A stretch of DNA of 64,000 bases from Octopus sinensis (GCF_006345805.1 NC_043000.1:85002001-85066000); one strand, 5' to 3'. Shown: positions 11,494 to 24,313, counted from the stretch's first letter. Made by a program: numbers and translations. Notes: generated from the sequence alone by a model not told the origin.

Positions 11494-11870
11494 TATTTCT
11501 TTACTACCCACAAGGGGCTAAACATAGAGGGGACAAACAAGGACAGAAAAAGGTATTAATTTATCGACCCCGAAAGGATGAAAGGCAAAGTCGACCTTGG
11601 CGGAATTTGAACTCAGAACGTAACGACAGACGAAATGCCTATTTCTTTACTACCCACAAGGGGCTAAACACAGAGAGGACAAACAAGGACAGACAAACGG
11701 ATTAAGTCGATTACATCGACCCCAGTGTGTAACTGGTACTTATTTAATCGACCCCGAAAGGATAAAAGGCAAAGTCGACCTCGGCGGAATTTGAACACAG
11801 AACATAGCGGCAGACGAAATACCGCTAAGCATTCGCCCGGCGTGCTAACGATTCTGCCAGTTCACCGCTA
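11494..11870 (-). mobile_element. SINE B2 dimer
   Basis: Two TATTTCTTTACTACCCACAAGGGGCTAAAC starts (~11494 and 11640). Junction GACGAAATGCCT|ATTTCTTT. Confidence 0.85.
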
Positions 11871-12679
11871 CCAGCTTACCGACAACGTTATCGTCAACGA
11901 GGAATGTTATTGCTGCCATATTATTTCAACATTTTTATCAACATCGTCAACGATCTTTGTTTTGAACGTTATACTGTTTCAAAATTATTATAAATCCGAT
12001 AAACCAGCTGCATTGTTAGTGTTTTATCTATCCACCAGTAAGATTTTATCTCGGATGGTGTAATTCACTGCAAACACTATAGTACATTGCAGCTGTCATA
12101 ACTTCGCTGACAGGCTGTCTTGTACTTTTATCCACTTTTACCTCTTCATTTCATGCAGGGTTGCATTAACCATTAATCAAAATGGGCACGTGCATGAAGT
12201 CCCACAAGGAGACACTATTTTCTCTCTCTTTTCTTTTCTTTTTTTTTTTTTGTTTTCAATATTTGGTTTATCATAATGCAAAAGCTAAAAAGAATAATAA
12301 AACAGTGTTGAAAACCTGCATTTTCTCCTGTTACCCTTGTTCTAAAAGAATAGTTTACTTAAGTTTTCTTACATCTATTTCGTGTCAAATACTATTTTTA
12401 CAGTTAAATGATACAAAAAAAGGCTCTATTTAATATAGTTGCTAGTCTGATCTAAGTGATGGCCAAGGAACCTGAAATCTGAATTAGTTCACAGTCAGCT
12501 TCCTATTATATTTTAATGTCTTGAGAGAAAATAGAAATCTCGAGATGACGCACCATTGTTGGGGTGTTTAAGGTAACAGTTGTTCTTCATCTAACTCAAG
12601 CCTCAAAACTTCGGTTCTTCCAGTAAGTGAGGCTACCATCGTCAATGAGGAAGGGAAAAGAGCGAAAGATACCTGACTA

Positions 12680-12880
12680 ACTGCTGCTGCTACTGCTGGC
12701 TAATCTTGAGTGAAAAAACTTGTGATCAGAGATAACCCGGTTGTAGCTAATCCTTCTTCTATTCAGATACAATGTACCTAAACCTACATTTCTACTGTGT
12801 TCCGTTTCATAAGACGATGACATGTGATTTAAGAGAGATTTGGCTGCTATATCTAACAACGTGAGTGACTGCGAAGAAGC
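12680..12880 (-). mobile_element. Degraded SINE-like family F fragment
   Basis: GATTTAAGAGAGATTTGGCTGCTATATCTAAC motif. Related motifs (TAGAAATAGCAGCCAAAT) near 21010, 34100, 59225 and 63870. Confidence 0.45.
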
Positions 12881-13747
12881 TTCCAGTGCACCGAGATATC
12901 TTAGCTTGTAGATCTGGTCTGTATTCTTTCAATAGAATGGATTCGTCTAAAAGTACCCATAGTCCATTATGGTGTTAAATGGAGTGACGGATGAAGTTTA
13001 CCACCTCAGAACAAGTTCATGAACGGGCTTTCACAGTTTCCATCTTACCTGTTTTATTACAAGTCTTATGCTGACCCGATGCTATGGAAAAAAAAAACAC
13101 TTGCCTAAGAATCCGTACAACGGGTTCGAACCAGGAACCATGTGATTGCTAAGCAAACTTCTTAACGACACAGCCATACGATTGTGGAAACATCTCTATT
13201 TTCCGTCTATTTAATTTTCAAATAAATTATAGAAATAAACGCTAGCCTTATGAATCATTACGATAAGTGTAGAATATTTATGAAGTTCATCTTCGAATAG
13301 TTTTGGCTACTAACGCCTCGACATCAATCTGCAACAGGAACTGATTTCAACTGGTAAACTGCTTCCAATAGATAACCAATTGTTGGAAATAGTTATTCTT
13401 GGATGTGTTTGAAATTCCTCATTCAAATATACAAAACAGGAAGCCTTAAGAAACAATTATTCCCATTATCACACGCTGGCATGTGAATACTGAATACATT
13501 AGCGCAACATTGTTGCTTAGAAACACAGAAATTCTTTGGAATCAATGATGTAGTTGACTAAGTCAAGCCAAAACTCGTTTGATACTTTGTTTTATAGAAA
13601 GGATTCCGATTAGCATCACCAGCTACTTTGACGTTCTGTATTGCCATCCTCCAGTCTTTTTAAATCTAAATTACTATGTCCAGAAAGTGCGACCATATTT
13701 AGGCATCGTTTCGAAGGATCTGGTGGAACAAAACGAACGAAATTCTG

Positions 13748-13965
13748 TCTTCTTCTTCTTCTTCTTCTTCTTCTTCTTCTTCGTCTTTTTCGTCTTCTTC
13801 TTCTTCTTCTTCTTCTTCTTCTTCTTCTTCTTCTTCTTCTTCTTCTTCTTCGTCTTTTTCGTCTTCTTCTTCTTCTTCTTCTTCTTCTTCTTCTTCTTCT
13901 TCTTCGTCTTTTTCGTCTTCTTCTTCTTCTTCTTCTTCTTCTTCTCCTCCCCCTCCTCCTCCTCC
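13748..13965. repeat. (TTC)n microsatellite with periodic CGTCTTTTTCGT interruptions
   Basis: Interruptions at 13782, 13851 and 13905. Confidence 0.95.
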
Positions 13966-14064
13966 TTTTTAGTTTGGTATTTACCTTATCAAGCTTTTCT
14001 GTCAAACCGCTACATTCCGGGGACGTAAGCAAACTAACACCGGTTGTCAAGCAGTAGGAAGAAA

Positions 14065-14125
<61 letters not shown>

Positions 14126-14612
14126 ACGCACACACACTCATCAATGATCAAAAAAATCTCAGGAGAGCACCCATACAACCTGTGTTCGTTACATTTTCAA
14201 TTTCAACGCCTGCACTTCAGTGACAAACCCGGAAATTAACTGATTGACCGGTCATGTAGTGAGCTGGGCGCCTGTCTGACGAAACAAATACCTAAGTGAC
14301 AATTGCATTTCTCTTACTGTCTGACTCATACAGGTCAGCACAAACTCACAACAATCCGCTTGTTTTCTCTCATGCTTAAATGTAAACTAATCTCTTCGTT
14401 TCCTTCTCTGTTTTGTCCTTTTTTGACAATCTATTTATGTATCTGTCTATATTTCTTTCTTCCTTTCTTTTTCTCCCTCACTTGCCCTCTCCTTTCTCTC
14501 TCTCTCTGTCTCTGTCTATCTCTCTCTCTCTCTCTCTTTTTCTGCACGTACACACACACGCACACATACACACAGACACATATACATATACCCCATATGT
14601 ATGGGGTATATG

Positions 14613-14650
<38 letters not shown>

Positions 14651-14806
14651 CCATATGTATGCATATGTTTTATTTATTAATTTGTTATTATATATATATA
14701 TGACTATCTCCTTTTTCTTAACATACAAAACCTGTACATCCCTTCAAACAATCTCTATATATCATATATTATATATATAAATATATATATATAACTGCTT
14801 CTTTTT

Positions 14807-14886
<80 letters not shown>

Positions 14887-17110
14887 GCGCGGGTGCGCAC
14901 ACTTACAAACTCGCACACACAAACACACACACTAACTCACTCACATAACACTCCTTTTTTACTTTTATCTATATTTCTCAAAGAAAAATATGCCTGTGGA
15001 ATGTTGAATATTTTATTTCTTTTATCACAAATTAAAGAAATAAAGAACGACAAAAAGAAAATAAAGAAGGAAGGAAGCAAAAGAAGCAAAGAAACAAAAT
15101 CACAGAAATTCAGCACTGTTGACAAAAATGCTACCATTTTCATCTCTAATTTCATTTTAAGATGGCGGCTATATTCGGGGCGTTTCTATTTGCCGTCTGG
15201 TTTGTTTGTCTTTTGTTATTGTGGCGGTTATTTACAATCCTAAATTAATGATAACTACATTGACAACAACTAATAGCTAGTAGTAGTAGTAGTAGTAGTA
15301 GTAGTAGCAGCAGCATGTGAGTCAAAATGACCTGACTCACTAAATATGTATTTATCTGTATATTCATTTATTCGTTTTACCACGGTTCCTATTTCGTGTG
15401 TGTGTTTGTATGTATGTGTGTGTGTGCGCGGATATGTGTTCGTATGTGTGCGTATGCATGTGTATGTGTGTGCATGTGTGTATGTGTGTGTGTTTGGGTT
15501 TTCGTGTGTGCGTGTGTGTTTATAGGGTGATGTGATGCGTTTAGAGCAGTAATGTTGTTGTTGTTCTTCTTCTTCTTGTGGTGGTGGGGGTGGTGGTGAT
15601 GGTGGTGGTGGTTCAGCCCCATGTCAGTCCTGATGAACAGTTTTATGATGATGAAAGGCATTCCAGACCATGACCACACTGTCCTCTCTCTCGAGCCCTT
15701 TGTATCAAGGAGTACCTTTTCCAGACGGTGCAGTGTAATCGAAGTGAAAGTGCCTGCTATTTCTTGTAGGCCGAGCTACTACGTTAAAGCACCACCTCCA
15801 AAACACTTATTAGTTGAGGACAAGTGTATCGTGAGCCTCCGATTGTTTACAGCTCAATGTTTGTAAGATCATATTCTGAACTGAGAAGCAGCCTAATGAG
15901 TAAGTGTTCCCTATCAGTATAGAATTCTTTGTTCACCAAGACCTCTCTCGGAGCTACGTACAGTTCCTTGATATTTTGTACTTCCGTGCTAATTTGACAG
16001 GGGAACTTGGAGTAGTCATGAATTCTAGAGATACCGTTTTAAGGCCCATCCAGGTGAATATAATGTGGCATTTATCAACTACTCCCCCACTGTCTTGTAA
16101 CTAAATGGAGGAAGGTAAAACCTACAGAGATGTGTCCAGATAGAAAATCAAGCTTTGCGAGTCAACCAGAGGTGGATGTAGGTTAGGATTGAATTTCTCT
16201 CAGGTCGCAGCAGTTTTGAGAAGGCACTGGTCGTCTCGGCTCTTCCCTTCATAGTGAAGTTAGATGCTCGAAAAAATCTCAATGCTAATATACAGTTTCA
16301 TTGTGTAAATATTTTGCCACGTAGATTTTAGATCGCTACCAAGTCTGGCAACGGCAGTAGGTTAGAAAGTGATGGAAGCTTCTAGTCAGAACTCAACAGG
16401 TCAGAGGCAAAGGGTATCAGTCGTTAGTGGATAGTATTGAATGGAAACCGCCAACTCCTGAGATACTAGGGACATCGCTGCTTCCTTCAATCGATGCCTA
16501 AAAATCATTCACCCTGTTCAGTTATTAACTAAAATCATTCACTTTTTTTCAGTTGTTAGCTAAATCATCAACCTCCCATGGCATGCAACACAGAAGACGT
16601 AACAGAAACATAATGTACTGCTCAGGCATCTCCCATGGAATATCGAATACTGTTTGGTGATGGTAACTCAACCCTAGCCTTCGAACATCTCTCATAGCTG
16701 GAAAGCTGAGACGCTACAACGTTCATACAGCTTACTCAATAACAGTAGGAAATGGTTCTTTTAATGAAGGTGGTGGGTAGACATCATCAACATGGCGTTG
16801 ACTTTGCTGTGAGGATCACTCTACTGCCTAAACTGAGACACAGGTTGACATCTATGTGTGGCTAATGTCACTTTATATTCTTCTTGCTTACATGTTAATG
16901 AGTGCCTTTGATAGAAATTTTGCCATCTGATAGAACAAAAACTGCTTCTGTCAGATATTAAATCTAAAAACAAGACAAAGTCATTCTGAAGAGTGATATA
17001 AATGAATGGCAACACATTTGTATCTCTAAGTACGACCTCACTATCTTTCAGCATAAAAACATAGATACAAGATTTTATGGATAAATCAGATACAAACACT
17101 GGATCTTATA

Positions 17111-17988
17111 CAGGTACCGAACCGCTTATCCGGAATCCAGAAATCCGGCTATTTTATGAAACTGGCTAGCTTTGAATTTCGCAGGCTGTAGTAGTTCGCT
17201 ACGCGGCCGCTTTGTTTTAGTTTCCGCGATGTATGCGTCACACGACGCCAGTTCCTGTGTGACTGCTGCTGTGTGGACGCCCTCTTCTTACAACTAAGTA
17301 GTTATTTTTCTTAATTTATAATATTTATTTATTACCATGCCGAAAAAGCCAGCATAAGGGCAGCTTGCTAGCGGAAACCCAAAAAGAAAACATTTAACGC
17401 CCAGCATAGCGAAAAAAGTAGAGTTACTTAAGAGACTCGATAAAGGTGCTTCAGCACGGATTTTGAGTGAGGAATATGGTATTGGTATTTCTACTGTCTA
17501 TGATATCAAGAAACAGAAAGAACAGATACTTCGATTTTACCATGATAGTGATGTGCCTAAATTAATGGACAAACGTAAAACTTTACATCGGTCGTAGAGT
17601 GCTGACGTGGACATGGTGTTTTTCAGTGGATTAATAAGGATCAAACATACTTTGCTTCAAAAGTGTATTATTTTGTACCTGTATCTCTTAAATAAAATTA
17701 TGTTCTTTTCTTTATTTTTTGTTGTTGTTTTTTCATCCTATACGCGGTACAGTATAATATATACAGTATTTTAAGAGTTTTAAGAATTTTAAGTGGCTTA
17801 ATAACGATCAAACAGACCCCGCTTTAGAAATGTATTAATTTAAATATGTTATACAATTTTGTTCTTTACTTTTAGTTGTTTATTTTATATTTTCGGTATA
17901 TATTTAGCCTGTGTCCAGAAACACGGAAAATCCAAGCATCCGGATCACCTCCGGCCCCATGGTTGCCGGATAAGAGATTCGGTACCTG
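17111..17988 (+). mobile_element. Non-autonomous Tigger/pogo-family element (878 bp) with CENP-B-type HTH remnant
   Basis: TIRs CAGGTACCGAA(CCGC/TCTC)TTATCCGG with TA TSDs at 17109-10 and 17989-90. Positions 17337-17635 translate MPKKPA*...KRKHLTPSIAKKVELLKRLDKGASARILSEEYGIGISTVYDIKKQKEQI. Confidence 0.92.
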
Positions 17989-18631
17989 TACTACACGTTG
18001 TTTATGTGAGTTGACCTCAAGGATATTTTATTTATCTGTGCAGTGAGGAGAGTTGAGTGTTGGGGCAGACGAAATTAGGATACTAACAAAAATCAGATTG
18101 TATGTATAGCTATTGCAACGTTGAAAAACACCAAACATCAACTGCTGTAAGATCGACAGTTCTGATATGGCTGATGAAAACAGAGTATACGAGAGAAAAA
18201 CAATTAGCAATGGTTCGATGAGAACTTCACTACAATTGAAAGACTCATAGAGCAAATTTGGATAATCACACACTAAAAATGTAATGGCGAATTCTTCATG
18301 TCCAAAAAAAAATTAAGTGTGGCTTGAAAAAGCGCAAGAAATCCAGATGCAAGCAGACAGACATGGTATGCTCAATTCATATGTTGCTATAAATATTCTC
18401 TGTAGCCGTCGACATAATTCCACAACACCAGTCCGTTCATCGGTCTGAAAATTTCTGCTGAAAGAAAAAAAACAGCAATAAAGCTGAGGATGATAGCCAA
18501 CATCTAAACTAGATTCTCTCAACTTCATTAGTGTATTTTGAAGAGTTACCGACCTTTGCCGTTAAAATGTTGAAAAACAAAGAATTTACACAGTACAATC
18601 TTCCAGCAGAGATCTTAAGGAGGTCAATTAC

Positions 18632-18798
18632 ATATTTCTTTACTACCCACAAGGGGCTAAACACAGAGAGGACAAACAAGGACAGACAAACGGAATTAAT
18701 CGATTATATCGACCCCAGTGCGTAACTGGTACTTATTTAATCGACCCCGAAAGGATGAAAGGCAAAGTCGACCTCGGCGGAATTTGAACTCAGAATGT
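18632..18798 (-). mobile_element. 5'-truncated SINE B2 with 12-bp TSD
   Basis: GAGGTCAATTAC at 18620-18631 and 18799-18810 flanks the insert. Confidence 0.9.
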
Positions 18799-18949
18799 GA
18801 GGTCAATTACCTCTTTATTGGGTGTTAGTGACCTCTCTACGCAGGATATTACAAAGTCACATAGATGTTGAACTAGGAGTACATACCTCAGGATTGAAAA
18901 GGTGATAGAAAACAAGGGAGACAGATCTGTTTACTCAAATGAATATTGG

Positions 18950-19140
18950 CTTCAAATTTTGGCACAAAACCAAAGATTTGGGGACTGGGGTAATTCGATT
19001 ACAGGTACTTATTTTATTGAAATCGAAAGGATGAAAGACAAAGTCGACCTCGGCGGCATTTGAACTCAGAACGTTAAGACGGACGAAACGCGGCTAATCA
19101 TTTTGCCCGGTATGCAAACGATTCTGCCAGCTCGTCGCTT
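18950..19140 (-). mobile_element. SINE family B copy inside the RTE
   Basis: AAAGTCGACCTCGGCGGCATTTGAACTCAG...GATTCTGCCAGCTCGTCGC. Confidence 0.75.
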
Positions 19141-21123
19141 TATTCAAATAAATATTTTGGTTACAACACTTCTCATTACCGGAAAAAGACTAGTTCAGTC
19201 AGCATCAAAGCCCTACCAGAGTCGGGCTTTGACAGTGGCCGAAACTCAGCCGAAGTGATCTTTACAAGCCAGCTTCATGTTAAGTGAAAGAACATTGAAA
19301 CGTGCACTGGATTAGTGGATCTATCAAAGACTTCTGATACCATAAACGGTGGGAGGGATGTATTTTGCGAGTTGTCAAGTTTTGTTGCTCATCCAAATTT
19401 GTGAATCTCCCTCGCTACTGTCATACAAGGATGACAGTTCGCATTGTGATGGGACTGAGGCTGTGAATGAACGGGTAACCTAATGGTAGGAGAAATGAGT
19501 GATAAACAAGTAAATGAGTGACAGTGGTTGAGTGATTGAGTGGAAGTTGCAACAAGCAAATCTAAAATATAAAACCAATAGCAATGTATTACTTAATCTT
19601 TTACATTATAATTAGGAAGACATCAACACAATAGTGGTGTTACTGGTGATGGTGGTGGTGGATGGTTGGAAGTGGTGGGTGGTTGGGAGTGGTAAGAGAT
19701 TGTGAGTTGCGGTGGTGGTAGTGTGGTGGTAGTGGTAGTGATGGTAGCAGTAGGGAAGAAAATAACCAACGCAGATTAAGTAGTAGTAGTAGTAGTAGTA
19801 GTAGCAGCAGCAGCAGCAGCAGCAGCAGTGGCGGCGGTGATAGTGACGGTGGCGGTAGTGGCAGTGATTGTGGCGGCTGCAGTACTAACAGCAGCAGCAG
19901 CAGATGTAGTAGTAGTAGTAGTAGTAGTATAGTAGTAGTAGTAGTAGTAACTAGCCTGGTTGAAATTACGTTTCGTATTAGGGAATAATTAAATGACAGT
20001 TCCCCCAAAGGTCCGAACGAATGAATTTAAACAGCACGACAACAGCACCAAAAAAACAAGAAAAAACGAAAGAAAGAAAGAACAGAAAACTTAGCTGGAT
20101 ATAATTGTTGGATCAAATATTCGCCTGGAACCAGCAATGACACATCCATTAAAGAATGTAGCCCCCGTCAACCTCTCCGAGCGTCAACCCACTAACCCAA
20201 GCCCCTACGTTTAACCTCATCGTTAAACTTTACATACCAATCTTCACCACATCAGCAGCCAACGGTATTAACAACAGACGCCGATCCATCTGACACAGAA
20301 CAAATACGAATACACACATACACACACACACACACACAACACACACACACGCGCGCATACACACATACTCACACGCACGCACGAACATACACATACGCAT
20401 TTACACACACGCATACGCACACTTACATATGTATGCAGTAGTACGGCGGGAAATGCATTCATAGACGTTTGTACGAAGAAACATTCATACGCTTCAACAG
20501 ACCTTTTCTACAATATTCCCTTCATCTTTCTCTCCTTCTCCTCCTACATTGATCGTCATTATACATTTTCCATTCATTCTTCATTGTCAACTCGTTCACA
20601 CGCCATACTCGTACACATACATATTATTCACAAACACATACGGCCATGCAAGCACGCCTAAATGCACTCGCGTTCTCTATTAACATTTGTTCGCTTTAAT
20701 CGCCGTGTTGCTGTTTTAAATTCTTCCTTCTCAGCCGCTGTTAGCCTTCCTTTCTTTCCTTATATTAAAAATCATTCATGTTTTAAGAAAAACAATGACA
20801 ACATAAGTTAAGAGTGACACACCCATGCAGAGAAACGGATGAGAGAGAGGGAGATGACGATAGCAAGGGCTGCTGTATAGCTGGGGGTTGGAACAGACAA
20901 CCATAATAGTTAATGGTTGCTACAGGAAACTTGGTGATTATCCTGTAATGTTCGATGTTAAATAAATCAAGAACCGGAACAAACATTGGATACTCGTCAT
21001 TGTCCGATCTGTTAGAAATAGCATCCAAATCTGCTTCAAAGCACACAATACGTTTAAAAAACATGAACGACAGCATTAGATGTTGGTTAATGTTGTCTTA
21101 AATACAACAGGTCTAGAGAGACA

Positions 21124-21171
<48 letters not shown>

Positions 21172-21172
<1 letters not shown>

Positions 21173-21726
21173 GCCCTGATGCAGTACCAGGCAGTGGCTC
21201 TCATGGCTTCTGATCTTAACTGATTGGAAGTGTTATCATGTACATTGTTTTGTCTTGGTATAAAAGATGGGCTACAGCAAATATTCTGCTCAATACCACA
21301 GATTTGCTTGTCAGTTGTTTGACCTTAACCAGTTGAGCATGTCTCTTAGTGGCTGACAATATGTGCATCTCTGATCACGAGCAGAAGTAGTGGGGGAGCA
21401 TCATAGCCATGTGTTGAGAGGGATTCTTTGGGGTTTGAATAGTTCACCTCTGGAAACATGGGTGGTTCTTTCAACATCCTTAAACAACCCTTATTCAGGG
21501 ACCGTTTGAGCGGGATGGGCTACTCAACCAGAAGAAAATTCTAACTGGGCCCCACCTGCAAGGTCATGTGCTGTTTATCTTGATATGAGATCACCATGTC
21601 GCGCACACATGGTTGTGATGCATGTGCCTGGTGTACCTTTATCAGACGGGTAGTCATGATGGGTATATTGGGCTTCGTATATTTTACCTCAGTGTCACTT
21701 TGATGGCATGAACTGCTCTCTCACTC
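21172..21726 (+). mobile_element. ~555-bp (AAT)n-embedded element, copy 2
   Basis: (AAT)n-TGCCCTGATGCAGTACCAGG...CTCTCTCACTC-(AAT)n. Confidence 0.88.
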
Positions 21727-21753
21727 AATAATAATAATAATAATAATAATAAA

Positions 21754-22288
21754 TACCTGATGCAGTACCAGGCAGTGGCTATCGTGGCTTCTGATCTTAA
21801 CTGATTGGAAGTGTTATCATGTACATTGTTTTGTCTTGGTTTAAAAGCTGGGCTACAGCAAACATTCTGCTCAATACCACAGATTTGCGTGTCAGTTGTT
21901 TGACCATAACCTGTTGAGCATGTCCCTTAGTGGCTGACGATATGTGCATCTCTGATCACGTGCAGAAGTAGTGGGGGAGCAGCATAGCCATGTGTTGAGA
22001 GGGATTCTTAGAGGTTTAGATAATTCACCTTTGGAAACAGGGGTGGTTCGTTCAACGTCCTTAAACAACCCTTATTCAGGGACCTTTTGAGCGGGATGGG
22101 CTACTTAACCAGAAGAAAATTCTAACTGGGCCTCACCTACAAGGTCATGCGCTGTTTATCTTGATATGAGATCACCATGTCGCGCACACATGGTTGTGAT
22201 GCATGTGCCTGGTGCACCCTTACCAGACGGGTAGTCATGATGGGTATACTGGGCTTCGTATATTTTACCCCAGTGTCACTTTGATGGC

Positions 22289-22290
<2 letters not shown>
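21754..22290 (+). mobile_element. ~555-bp (AAT)n-embedded element, copy 3 (tandem to copy 2)
   Basis: Starts TACCTGATGCAGTACCAGG after a short (AAT)n spacer. Lacks the last ~17 nt. Confidence 0.88.
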
Positions 22291-22335
<45 letters not shown>

Positions 22336-22449
22336 TATAATAATAATAACAACAACAGCAATAATAATAATAACAACAACAACAACAACAACAACAATAA
22401 TAATAATAATAACAATAACAATAATAATAATAATAACAATAATAATAAC

Positions 22450-22499
<50 letters not shown>

Positions 22500-22565
22500 T
22501 AATGATGATGATGATGATGATGATGATGATAATAATAATAATGATAACAACAACTATAATAATAA
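22291..22565. repeat. (AAT/AAC/GAT)n compound microsatellite
   Basis: Directly visible. Confidence 0.95.
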
Positions 22566-22614
22566 TGATAACTCGAAACTAAACAGCATCTAATAATACT
22601 ACACAGTAGTAGGA

Positions 22615-23027
22615 GCAAAGATGATATCTCAAGACGGTCACAATACCAGTGATTGTAGGAGCATTTGGAATGATAAAAAAAAATGAACGGAAAATTATTT
22701 AGAATGACCCCTGGATTACCATCCATGCAGGAATTGCAAAAGATTTTATTAATTGCTACGTCTCACGTATTGAGAAGAATATTGCTGCTGTGAATTTTCT
22801 TTCCTTTTTTTGTCCTTTATTTTCTTTGTTTACTATTATATTTTATATTTTTCCTTTCTCTTTGTCTTTCTTCACATTTCTTCTATCACATGACTCTGTA
22901 AATGAACAACTGATGTGATTATTGTAATGGACTACAAATGTATGCAGTGCGTTCCCCTGCCCTAGGTGTCAGGAAGACACTAGGCAAGAAAAAGAAACGT
23001 AATTGAAAGAAGATGATCATGAAAGTG

Positions 23028-23030
<3 letters not shown>
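22615..23030 (+). mobile_element. R4/Dong-type LINE 3' end fragment with 3' UTR
   Basis: TVTIPVIVGAFGMIKK...PGLPSMQELQKILLIATSHVLRRILLL*, followed by a UTR ending in (AAT)n. Confidence 0.75.
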
Positions 23031-23082
<52 letters not shown>

Positions 23083-23101
23083 TAACAATAACAACAACAG
23101 C

Positions 23102-23137
<36 letters not shown>

Positions 23138-23499
23138 TAACGGAACCCATAACAAAACCAAATAAAACAACAACGGACGGATAATCATGAATACTACAAA
23201 ATAGTTGATTTAGGAGCTACACACACACATACACTACTATGCAACACTTCTCCAAAAACATACAAGAATGAATTCATACTGTAAATACCCAACAAAATTA
23301 ACAAAACCCACAACATGTGCCATAGAAGGTCGATACCCGACAGAACACAACCTGCACTAAACAAACAACACACAATATAAAAGCTAATACAGCAGAAGAC
23401 TCAAACAAAACCCCATAACAAAACGTACTGATACAACACAATATCTCCGCCCCTCAGAAAAATGCAACACACGCCACCCCACCAGCACAACGGGGCAAC

Positions 23500-24205
23500 A
23501 AATGATGCGATAGAAAGTTGCTTGAAACTATCAGATCTCGAAAAATAATAGTGGTGATGACGATGGTGACGAATGTTACCTTATCTCAGTTTATGAGAGA
23601 CAGGAGTTTCCGAAGAACTCTGGTTGTAACAGCGAGAATGAAGCTGAACCTTTAAGGGAAGGCCTCTCGCTCGGCAATGGATCAGTAAATATGCAGACTG
23701 ACCAGAGCTGTTATCCTAATACAGCATCAGTAGATAATAGAGCAAGGAGGAAGTGGACCAGTGAAAAGTGAGGGCTAGAGAGAGTCAAGACGTGGTATGA
23801 GCACAAACCACAGAAAGTGGCGGGGTCGGAGACTTGCAATATCCTCTGGGATTTCCCAATCCAAACAGATCAGGTACAAGAGCTTAACAGACCGGACCTA
23901 GGGGTGGTCGACAAGATGCACCACATGTACTATATAGTTGATGTTACATGCCCCTTTGACCCACGAATAGTCAAGAAAGAAGGCGAAAAAATAGATAAGT
24001 GCAACCTTCTTAAGCACGAAATAGCCCGGCTATGGAAAATGTAGAAGGTGAAGATAGTCCCAGTTATTTGAGCTTGGGGACAGTATCAGAAAGCATCAAG
24101 AGGAATATAAAGGAAATTGGAATAGAGTGCCCAGTAGAACTGTTACAAAAGTTTTGCTCTCTTGGCACAGCCAGAATAATCAGGAAAGTATTAGATAACT
24201 AAAAA
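23500..24205 (+). mobile_element. R4/Dong-type LINE fragment with restriction-like endonuclease domain
   Basis: GLERVKTWYEHKPQKV...ILWDFPIQTD...NRPDLGVVDK...IVDVTCPFD...EKIDK...KIVPVI...LGTARIIRKVLDN*. Confidence 0.85.
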
Positions 24206-24271
24206 GAGAGAATAGCATGATCAGTAAACAAGAAAGAAAGAAAGAAAGAAAGAAGGAAGGAAGGAAAGAAA

Positions 24272-24313
<42 letters not shown>

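Larger units (their letters stand above)
16640..19450 (+). mobile_element. Old RTE (BovB-like) LINE body: APE, linker and RT remnants, with nested insertions
   Basis: IAGKLRRYNVHTA and GVDFAVR (APE); QWFDEN, WLEKAQEIQMQADRH and FEELPT...NLPAEIL (linker); LPESGFDSGRNSAEVIFT...GLVDLSKTSDTIN (RT, resembling LPESQCGFR...FVDLTKAFDTV). Many stops and frameshifts. Confidence 0.75.

Noticed and set aside
13579-14137. Poly-Arg, poly-Leu and poly-Phe ORFs
   Set aside because: They come from the (TTC)n microsatellite and have no domain content.
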